NCBI GenBank assembly: GCA_951406725.2
Contig: OX597831.1
Location: forward strand, 59,086,001-59,150,000
DNA length: 64,000 nucleotides
Origin: Octopus vulgaris
Lineage: Eukaryota
Reading direction: 5' to 3'
The first letter of the stretch is position 1, and each line of letters opens with the position of its first letter. The translations under genes were made by a program, and so were the position numbers. The notes under the pieces are model-generated. The model was not told the origin of the DNA. It saw nothing but the letters and a program-made list of their open reading frames with translations, and ran no database searches. Positions 52,454 to 64,000 of this stretch are shown in pieces.

Positions 52454-52918
52454 AAGGCGGCGACCTGGCAGAATCGATAGCTTGCTGGACGAAATGCTTA
52501 GCGGTATTTCGCCCATCAAGGCGGCGAGCTGGCAGAAACGTTAGCACGTTTGGCGAAATGATTAGCGGTATTTCGTCTGCCGCTACGTTCTGAGTTCAAA
52601 TTCCACCAACGTCGACTTTGGCTTTCATCCTTTAGGAGTCGATAAATTAAGTACCAGTTACGCACTGCGGTCGATATAATCGATTTATCTGTCTGTCCTT
52701 GTTTGTCTCCTTTGTATTTAGCCGCTTGTGGGAAGTAAAGAAATAGGTATTTCGCCCATCATTACATTCTGAGTTCAAATTCCGCCGACGTCAAATTTGC
52801 CTTTCATATCTTGCAGGGACGTTAAATTAAGTACTAATGAAACACTGGGGTCTATGTAATTGGCTATCCCCCCTTCCACAAATTTCAGGCCTTGTGCCTA
52901 TAATAAATAAGGATTATT
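52454..52918 (+). mobile_element. Nin/Deu-like SINE inserted inside a related SINE
   Basis: Inner copy 52518-52745 is flanked by the perfect 15-bp duplication ggtatttcgcccatc. Confidence 0.9.
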
Positions 52919-55900
52919 AATCAGCAGAAATTATACAGTGACTCAAGGACTACTAGTTTCTTGGTTTAGTACTTGAGAAGTGTCAAACGAAAATGTAGTT
53001 CGAAGTATGAACTATTAAATAATGTAGAATATTTATAAATTTTGTTTTGGTAAACTGTAAATTATCAATGTAAATAAACTTCAGACGATAAAATACATAA
53101 TTCTTTAATAAGTTTACTTAAAAGATTTTCGCGTCTTTATGCTCGGAAACGACCTCGAATACGATGAAATGTTATTTTTATCAGTCCGTCGCTTGATTTT
53201 CATGTTCACGATAATTAAGGCGAGTTTGGCTCTTAAATGATTGTTGTAATATCGAATCTAAATCCCCTAATAGTTGCTATCTTAATTAATTTCATTCTCT
53301 ATTTTATTGAATATTTTTCATAGTAAGAAAATAAGATCACAGGCAAGGGAAATTGTAATAGATTTTCATAATTACTTAATTATTATGTATAATAAATATA
53401 TTTTTGTGTATTTTAAAATGTTTATTGGAAATCCCGTTAACAACTTTCCATGAAGGCAATATTTTATTTCACATTCTTAACAACTTTGGTCAGGCCTAGT
53501 ATTAAATATTATTACTGTCTGCAATAAATCAGTAACATTTATTGTTCCTTGTTGTTGGTCTTGTTGTTTATAAAAGTTTAGTGGAGGTAGGTGATGAACG
53601 GTCGCATCAAATCAAACTATATTACCATTTTTATGAGTAAATCAAAGGCAAAAAAGAAACATTTTAATACTTAGTTATATATAATATAACTTACAATAAG
53701 AAATTTTATTGAATATAAAAGCAATAATTATATTAGATTAACATTTTTCGATGTAATTTTTCAAAGCTGGAAAGTTAATAATTTGATAGTTATTGAGAAA
53801 TCTAAGTGCTAATAAAATATAACCAACAGATAAATAATGGAATCTGTAGACAATTCAAATAGAATAAGTCATAAAACAACAAAGTTCACTTTTTGAAGCA
53901 TTTTTAATTACAATTTCTTTCATTATGCGTATACAAACACACACACGCACACACACACACATCTACACACATACATATACATAAAATATATATGGTTGCG
54001 TGTTTGCGTGTTTTTATGTATATGTGTTTATGCATACATATAGCACATATAGGTAAATATGCGCATATGTTTTTATATAAAAAAATATCTGTATACATAA
54101 GTATATGTAAAGATATGTTTGGATGCATTTATACATATATATATATATATATATATACATATACATACATATATATATATATATGTGTGTGTGTATGTAT
54201 ATATATACATATATATATGTGTGTGTGTATGTATATTTATATATGAATAAAAAGTAAACTTCAAAAAGGTGATTGCACTTAATATATATTACAAAAAAAC
54301 GTACACTTTGGACAAGCGACAACATATAGATGGAATATTACTTGCAACTTTCTGTTATTTTCTAGTTCCCATCATACCCGAGGTGCTGCACATGAAGCCC
54401 CTATTTTATTACGTATCTTAAAATGACACAAATCAGGTCTTTTGCCACTTACTTTTAAGTCCATTGCCTCCTAATTTCATGAACGTTAGTACATTTCAGG
54501 CGAAGGATCTCATTGTTTTACGCATTGTAAGACTATCTTGAATTTCATACGTGCTGCACCCTTTTGCTAAATTTTCCCGTCATTCATTAATTGTATACGG
54601 GTTTTCTAAGAATCGATGATAAATCAGCTAGTCACTAAATTATCGAGACAAGTGAGAAAGAGAGAGGCATATTCATGTTTCGTCCATCGGAAATCGACAT
54701 GCCAGCATGGATTTTAAATATGGAGAAAATAGGGTACTTTTTTTAATTATCATTGCTTTGAAAACCCTGAGGGTATCTGTATGGAAAATACGCGGTTCAG
54801 AGTAGTGTACTTTATAGGACCTATTAAGACTAAATACTCAAATATATGCACCGATCTGCGACGATTTGTGCGCCGAAAGTTTAAAGGGACCCTAAAGAAT
54901 TGCTGAGACTGAACGGTCCGGTTGCTTCTGGCAAGAGGCATTCTGAACCACATATGTCCCAGAAACCCCGTGCGCCAATGACGTGACTGTCGCAAAGGAG
55001 GGAAGTTAGTGTTCTATGACACTGTAGCGCCTCTGAACGTGTCTAGACGTATTAAAAATAAATATGCAAATATCTACAGGTAAGTGTTATGGATTTTGTA
55101 GTTAAATGCCATTGCTACTGTAGTTTTAATGTAACTCCTAGAAAGATCGAATCTAAGTCGCAGTTATATGTAATATCTGGCAAAACTTTTCTTGTTTTAG
55201 ATATTGTCTCTCAGTAAATTAAAACTGATTATCTACTTTCTTACAGAAAGTGAATTTTTGAGCACCAGTTTCAGAATCTTCATAATTTTCCAAGTTGTTT
55301 TTTTCAGACATTTCAATATCTCCGAGAATAATTATATTTAAGGCTTTCGCTATTTTCCCATAACAAATAAGGAAATGTTTTGGAACACGTAATCCGTTTG
55401 ATTATGTAATCTATACGTTTGGATGTTGGAAGGATTTACCTTAAGTATATTAGCTAAATAAATCAGCTGACAGTCACCCATTGTTTGTAATGATTTATCG
55501 GAATAAGTTTTAATCCTGATAAGGATATACAGTTGAATGCTAATGGTATATATTTTCGGGACATGATTTATCAGTTGAAGAAATATTAAAACATAAGAAA
55601 TTCATAAAAACAAAGCTAACAGTCTATTTACTTAGGTACCAATTTCACATTACACTTTTAATTTACCTGCCGGCTACATTTAAAACCAAGTGATCACATG
55701 AATATTTGAAAATCTTTGTATCTGGACATTCAAGAGTAGGCACCGATTTGAAGTAAAGATGGTTCAGCACGAGAATATGAATACAGGAGGGGAGGTTGTG
55801 TCTGTCGGGTTTATATATTATAGCAAGCAATTTCGTAGAGTTGTTTTAGCAGTAGTAAAAATTAAGTTTGTAGATAAGATGGAATTAATGTCTCTAAACC

Positions 55901-56379
55901 ATTTCGAAATTTCCTGTTTTATATGTACTGCTCGTTCAGTTAAAGCAACCATTATTCAAACAAGGTAGATTTTGCGGTAGGTAACACCAACTGATGGAGT
56001 CTAAAGTGAAATAAGCGACATTGACATAAGCGTTAAATAAATATATTAAAATTTGCCATTTGCCACAACGCCGTATCAGCTATAGAGGAGGATGTACTAA
56101 TAAACATTTCCGTTGACATTTTCGGATCAAGGATTCTTTATTTGTATAAATGTCAACGGTAATCGATGATTTAATATTACTGATAAAGAAAGTTGTAAAT
56201 GATTATTGTCTATGTACCCTGTGAACGACGCTGTTATAAATATATAAACATAAGCATGACAGAAGTAAAATAAAATCCTATAAAACATAATTTTAGGTTT
56301 ATTCTCACTTGTAAAGGTTTATCCTTTTTTTGTTAATCGACATTTTTCTATTCAAGGTTGTATGTGTGACTGTTTAATC

Positions 56380-57328
56380 ATGCCATATACGAAAGAAGTC
56401 TTGGAACTGTCTGAATTTCAAAGAGGCCGTATCGTGTGTCATTCCGAAGGTGGACATAGCATAAAATCGCAGTAAATAGAGTGATTATGCAATACACCAA
56501 TGACGAGACGTTCACATCGCCCACACCATTCAGAGCCCTCTGACAGGACTCTTCTGTTTGTTAAGAGAAATGTGGAGGATAACTCTCGTTGCAAGACCTC
56601 TGACATAACAGAACAAGTTGGTGTCAGCACCAGAAATAGCTGTCAGTTATCTACACAAACATGGGTGCTATGACAGTGCAGAAAGAAGGAAGCTACTTCT
56701 ACCAGGCAACACCCAGCGGAGAAAAGACTGCGCCAGTGAGATGGTGGAAAGGCCACTAGCATCTCGGAATATTGTCATATTCTCTGATGAATCCAGATTT
56801 GCTGTATATCGGGACAGTGATCAAGTGTGGGTTGCAGCCAACAATGAAACGCGGCAGCTATTCTGCAATGGTCTGGGGAACAATTTGGAGTAATGGTTAA
56901 ACAAAGCTAGTGGAGTGTGAAGGAAAGACTAACTCACATACGTATGTGTCCATATTGCAGATAGGCCTCCTTTCACTCTTCTCCAATGGTGAAATGATTA
57001 AAGAAGACAATATATTTTTGGAAAATAGAGCTCCTTGTCATACGACAGAAATCACCTGAGATCTGTTGGATGAGAATGACATTAAGTAGATTCCATGGCG
57101 AAGCCAGCCACCAGATATCAACCCTATTGAACACCCCTGGGACATAATTGACAGAACGCGAAATAAAAATGCATAGAAACCATCTTCAAAGTCAGATCTT
57201 CTGAGGTTATTGCATGAAACTTTGCTAGAAATTCCGCAAGAAAATATCCGACATTTGATCAACAACATTCCTAATAGGTTCCTTGCACTGCACTGAAAAA
57301 TGCAAAGGGCATATCAAGAAAATACTAA
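56380..57328 (+). mobile_element. Tc1-like transposase pseudogene
   Basis: MPYTKEVLELSEFQRGRIV, VIFSDESRF, FLENRAPCH, PWRSQPPDINPIEHPWD (DD34E-type), with stops and frameshifts. Confidence 0.9.
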
Positions 57329-58183
57329 ATATTCAAATTATAACAATTAATAAATAATTTGAATGTACAACTTCAGATTTTAGATAAATCTTTATGATTA
57401 TAAGGTTGTCTATTTACTACTTTCATGTTTGGGTATAACAACGGGTCTTATCATCTGTGTAGTGGTGTGAAATACTTAAGATGATGCATAGGAGGTCACC
57501 AATGCACGAATGTACAGCAAGAGAATATGGGGTATACTTGTTAAAATATTTTAATGTATTATGTGATTGGAGTGGGTGGAAGCCGTAGGTGCCTGATGTG
57601 CAAATACTTATGGTGTAAATTATGAATCTTTACGTGTGGAACTCGTTCACGAAACTCTTATATTATTCACGAAACTTATATTATTCTTATATTATTTTAA
57701 TGTTTTTTTTGTTTCCGTAATCTTTCATAGATTCATTCTTATAACTACAAATGGTGTACTTGGAGCGCAATGACCTAAACAGAGTAATTGAGTCAGTATT
57801 ATACTCCATTTTCTAGGTGGTTTACTTGTCGATAGTAGAAGTAATAGGTTTCATGGTTACAGCTAAATTATATCGGCAATTTAAAACATGGATTTAAAGA
57901 TACAGGAAAACAGAAAATGTCAATTTCTGTTAATAGGTTACTAAGAAGAATTGCATAAACTTTTATAAAGCGTCTGCGACTTTTGGGAGGGAGCGGAGAG
58001 ATATCTGAAAACTGATGTCAAGACCATAAGAGCATTCGGCAACCTGGGATATTGTAATTCATATTCACACCTAGAAGCCAGATGTTACTGTCGGGATCGA
58101 TGAACTACCAAATGAATAAGCTGTTCTGTCAACAAACGTTCCCCTATTTTCTACCTGCTAATTTCCATTGACAATACTTTGGC

Positions 58184-58237
<54 letters not shown>

Positions 58238-59879
58238 CGTCTGTGTGTCTGTGTGTGTGTGTGTGTATGTGCGTGTGTGTGTGTTAGAAAATATCTGAAG
58301 TGTCACAGTGTCACAATGTCAGATCAAAATATAAAGTGATTCTACGGAAGAAAACCCAAAGAAAGCAATAACATAAATAAATGTAGTTTTTCCAATAATT
58401 TCAGCTGAGAATCAATACCTAAATTATACTTTATACATTATAAATCAGATACAAATTATGTCAGAGAACGTATTATACATTACCAATATTTATCTAAATA
58501 TTCTGAGCAACCAGTGTTATAAATATTTGATAATCGCCATTGTCAATTTTGGTCAGATTTTATGATCCGTTGTTTTCCCATTTTCTATTTCTTTGCTTTT
58601 TTTCAATGTTGTAAAAACAACATTGACTGTGATATATATCTGTGCAACGCTGGGTTATTGAATATTATTTAATTCTGAAAGCTCAGAAGAAATAAAAATA
58701 AAAATGAAAGTTATATTGTCAAATACTGAATGGTGGTACATGTTTAGATTTACTTCCTTTAATATAATTGTACAAACAATTCAGAAAGAAAAAAAAACTC
58801 GACTTTTATTGATTAAGCATTGTTAAATTATACCATACAAAAGCAGGCATATTATTACAGAGACAATATTTCATAGAAATTATTGCAGTAACTGTTTAAT
58901 TATGTTTTCATAAATATCATACTAAATTAACATCCCAGTTGATTTGTTATCGCAACAATTAATTCAATATAATTCATTTATACACACAGTTTCTCAAATT
59001 TAGCATTAATCAATGTATTAATAGAAATACATAGCAACACAAGTAGACATTCAATTTGATTGCTGGCAGCGATGTATGTTAATTCCTTTCAGTCAATGTT
59101 AACACCTAACCTATACTGGATAAAAACAATATGTCTGTCATAATGTGAAAATTGTTTGAAACCTTTTTTTTTTATTTTAGCAAAAATGTTAAGGAAAATA
59201 TTATTCCTCAGTAGAAAATAGTGAATATTCATTTTATGCATTTATAGCTTGCATATTTGAAGAACAAAATAAAGTAATTTACCATAATGTAAACACATTT
59301 TAATGAATTATATCTTGATTATATCCGTCTAATATCAATATCACGCCGAGGTCAAATTCTCCTTCACCCTTCCAACAAGTTTTGGCATTGCTCTCTCACT
59401 GTCAATCAGAATCAGTTTCGCTACAATGTAAGAGAAACATAAAACAATATACTGATGGTGGCTTCGGTAGACTCGGACAGTTGCACGCAATAATGTATAA
59501 ACCAATGAATTTATATTGTACTCTATATATTATTCTCTCATTCCCTTCATACTTTCAATTAACATAATTACAGTGAAATTATATATGGTACATTCTGGAT
59601 AAAAAAAGTAGCATGATAAAATTTTCATTGGATAACTACTACTGTATCATGATGAATATTTTCTAATAGAAAATAATTTCATCTATCGATTTTTATATTG
59701 AATATTGTATTAGATAAATTAAAGTATCATTGTCTTGATAGTTTCTTGGATATAATATTTTCGGATAATATTTGGAATATGTAAGCAACTATTACACATA
59801 CTGGCTTGCCAGATAAATTCGTAAATTTTTATCCATTTATTTCAATCCTTATTTTTCGACAACAATTTTAACCTATCGG

Positions 59880-60480
59880 TCACCAGTATATTCTTATTTA
59901 TTGTTCAAGACATCTAACCAATGGTTTCCTAGCTTGACACTACCTTCACGGTAGAATCACCGTCTCTTAACATTAAAACTTCATGCAGCCACATTTCAGC
60001 TCCTCGTCGTTGTTGAACGAAACACTTCGCAGCCTGTTGCAGAGCGAACGAACAATGTAACAATCTGATGGTGCTATATATCAGGAGAATCCGGGCACAA
60101 TAGCACTTCACAACCGAACTCTGGATAGCACTTTTATTCAAATTAGCGACGTTGGGTGCAGCGTTGGCGTGTTAAAGAAGCACAGTGTGTCGTCAGTTAG
60201 ATCGTTTCAGATGGATTTTTTTAAATATAATGCTGGTTCATATAGGCGTAAAAATACCAATCTCTGATTGCGTTTACGAATGTCGAATCAACAACCTGGT
60301 GGCGACAGGAAAGCGCTGGGGATTTTCTCTTTCATTCACAGTGGGTGGCACGCAGGCGTCGTGCTTTCAGACCTTAACCATAGAGTGAAGATGACTGGAG
60401 ACATAAGAGTATTTCATTTATTGAGCTAATTCCGAAGTGAAGTCGGATTCATCTTTGTGGATGAGCACCTTCAATCAAAT
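59880..60480 (-). mobile_element. mariner transposase remnant, internally deleted
   Basis: SSHLHSMVKV*KHDACVP (WVP-like), HANAAPNVA, SPDI/APSDCY, FNNDEEL..WLHE..YREGSVKLGNHW. Confidence 0.75.
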
Positions 60481-61235
60481 AAAATTAGCAAGAAAGAAAC
60501 GTTATTTATATGATAACCAAATACTTATACATTTCTAAATATATAGATAGCTTGATTATATTCATTAGACTTTAGTAATATTATAAACATATGATTCAGT
60601 TGGAATAATTCAACCGAGAATTAACTGAATTGTAATAAAATTGTATAAACATAAATGATTTTTAAAAATATCTTGTGAAAACTTTCCGCGTTCATGAACA
60701 TCCCAAACGAATGGAAAAGTCGATTTCTATACGATAGCAGTCGAAAATGAAATAAACAATAGATATACGATCAGTAACTCACATACTAACTATGAAAAAT
60801 GGCTATTGAATTTTGTAATTAATTATTTTGCGAAATCCTGTTAACAGGCCAGACTAAATCTTGAATTCAGGCCAGTACCTACTTAAATGGAAGCCTCGTA
60901 GGTACTCCGCAAGCTTGAAACAAAATATTCTCCACTATAAGCTACTACAGGGCATGCAGTACTGCTTAAAATGGGTGATTGTTAATAACAATCCATAGGA
61001 CCAGGCAGAGTATATTCGCACAGAATCATTTACCTAATTTTACGTGAAATGTATTTGTATATTCAATAAATGAGTAAAAGATCAATTTTCCACATACGGA
61101 CATCAAGTAATTAAAAAGTTATCTACTTATACACATTATGAAAACATAATTAAAGAGTTACTGCAATTGCTACGTCTATTAATACAATATTTCGCTTTTT
61201 GTACATTATGATGATATAAATATGTTATCGCACAT

Positions 61236-61400
61236 ATGCGTGGCTTTGTCGTGACAGTGTTACATTCGTGATGGTACGATTGTGGTTTCGATTCCTAGAC
61301 CGAGCGATATTTTTATTCGGAGCCAAACCCTTCATTTCACGTTGCTACAATCCACTCAGCTGTCGAAAGGGAATACTCTTACGACGGTTCGGCGTCCAGT
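61236..61400 (+). mobile_element. tRNA-derived SINE, diverged copy of the 707-1012 family
   Basis: gtttcgattcctagaccg..ttcatttcacgttgctacaatccactcagctg. Confidence 0.55.
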
Positions 61401-62023
61401 CCAGCTGTGTAAAAAAAAAAACCCTGATACAATCCCCCTTAACACTAAATCCACCAGGAGAAAACCCTTGTAGCATTTGAAACACACACTATATTGAAGA
61501 CTCCTTGTCCGGTTAGTGCCATTTGGACTAAATATGCGATTGTTTATTGTGGGTTTAGCTTTGTCATTAGGGTGAATAAATTATCTCTTTATTATGCAGA
61601 CAGATTAACTTCGGTAAAGATGCGCTTTCTTGTACACTGATATTTAATTTCCCCAAATGAACCACTGAAAAGAACTTCCTATGCAAAAATAATTAAAGAA
61701 CGTAATATAAAGGAAAAGAATACAACTTTTTAATAATTTGCGCCCACTTTGGAGAGCTATGATCTGGAGGGCTAATATGTGTAGCACCGGGAAAATCTGG
61801 GTACTGACGTTAGTATGTATGGTAGGGAAGGCATTTTAAAGAATCTCGCATAACACAAGGGGAGAAATTTAATCGGAAACAACAAAATATTTTTCGAGGT
61901 TCTCTGTTTAGAGACGATATAATAAAGTGCAAAACAAATGTAATATGATGGGCAGACATGTAATTCAAAGGGCGTTTTTATGTCTGGAAATTACATTAAA
62001 GTTATATTTACTACGACATATTT

Positions 62024-62256
62024 AAGGCGGCGAGCTGGCAGAAACGTTAGCACGTCGGGCGAAATGCTTAGCGGTATTTCGTCTGCCGTTACGTTGTGAG
62101 TTCAAATTCCGCCGAGGTCGACTTTACCTTTCATCCTTTCGGGGTCGATAAATTAAGTACCAGTTACGCACTGGGGTCGATGTAATCGACTTAATACCTA
62201 TGTCTGTCCTTGTTTGTCCCTTCTATGTTTAGCCCCTTGTGAGTAATAAAGAAATG
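62024..62256 (+). mobile_element. Nin/Deu-like tRNA-derived SINE, full length
   Basis: A/B boxes (agctggcagaa..gagttcaaattcc). Flanked by an imperfect duplication, tatatttacta(c/g)gacat. Confidence 0.9.
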
Positions 62257-62737
62257 GGTATATTTACTAGGACATCAATAATATTGTTAATTCATTTGTT
62301 GAGGATGACTAATATGTAATATTTATTCGAAAAAGCCAGACTTTAATCCCACTCTTCTACGTTATATAATCAAAACCGCAACGCAATATCGTAAATACTA
62401 GAAATATATACCTGAAATATAATCGATGTCTAAATTGCATTTTCATAGCATTTATTGCTATAAATTAATTGAAAATGGAAGACATGATCGACAGTAAAAA
62501 AAATAAGGGATTCAACAATTTGCATTCTCAAATATTGGCAAATTTACGTATAATAGTTAAAAAAATATTTTACTGTTTAGCTAATACCGTATTCGAACCA
62601 TAAGAAACGTCATACCAGCTACAAATCGATCAAACCTGAAATTTCTTAAGCATCATTATATTTGATTAGTATAGTTCAAATACATTTTATACAAACTCTC
62701 TCACACACACACACACACACATACACACACACAGATA

Positions 62738-63282
<545 letters not shown>

Positions 63283-64000
63283 TATATATATATGTATGTA
63301 TATATATACACACGCACTCACACATATATTATATGCGCTGTCTCTGTGCGATTATTGAAATACATATTTATGTACACTATGCAGAATAAACAAGTCATTA
63401 GAAGCGTAATTTCATTTTCACCTCAAATAGTTAATGCTACTAAATTATAGTACCCAAACATTAAACAATTAATGAATAATTTAGCTTCTAGAGAAAAAGA
63501 AACAAAGCTCCAAATAAAATATAAATGAAGCTACGATTAACATTTTTTCCCGTTTCTCTGATGCTTCTTTATACTGCAGACAGTCAACATACATTAGATA
63601 CATTAAATGTATAGACAATAGAGGAAATATACACATGAGCTGAATGAATATAGTGATAATTACCATCGAGAATGGATAACTCAAATAAAAGAGAAGGCAG
63701 ACCTATTTAATGACACGATATTCCGACGTGAATGGCCCATTGACTGAAAATGAAAGAGGAGAGAATAAACAATTTACATGCGAAATCCAAACATCAGATG
63801 GATGTGAAAATAAAGAAAAGTGCTACAATTACGAGGAAAGAAAAACAATTGATAACTTCAAATGAGGAGAAAATGGATATATTGGATGATAGCAAATAAA
63901 AACGATCAGCACAAAGCATCTAATCAATAAAGGGAAATAGGCATATTATATATCCGTATCTGGAAAATTATATTAGGCATTGCTAAAACAGTTTAAATAT

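Overview
AT-rich, microsatellite-dense eukaryotic DNA, probably intergenic or intronic. The repeat families resemble those I recall from octopus/cephalopod genomes; this is inference and was not checked. I cannot support any intact host protein-coding gene, and most ORFs in the track are translations of (TA)n/(CA)n/(CTT)n tracts. The window is mostly decayed mobile elements: five or more Penelope-like element (PLE) fragments (RT or GIY-YIG), four Tc1/mariner transposases, a Gypsy-type LTR remnant, an RTE LINE 3' end, a ~2.9-kb non-autonomous Helitron, a young 5'-truncated R4/Dong-type element inside a (TAA)n tract, and at least four tRNA-derived SINE families. The most interesting signal is a set of about ten minimal hammerhead-ribozyme-like motifs. 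Several sit in short fold-back cassettes, and core positions 3 and 8 appear to covary (C3-G8, U3-A8, G3-C8). Other notable items are a three-level nested insertion, a SINE sharing its 3' tail with the RTE LINE, and a SINE that repeatedly inserts at GGTA, including into itself.
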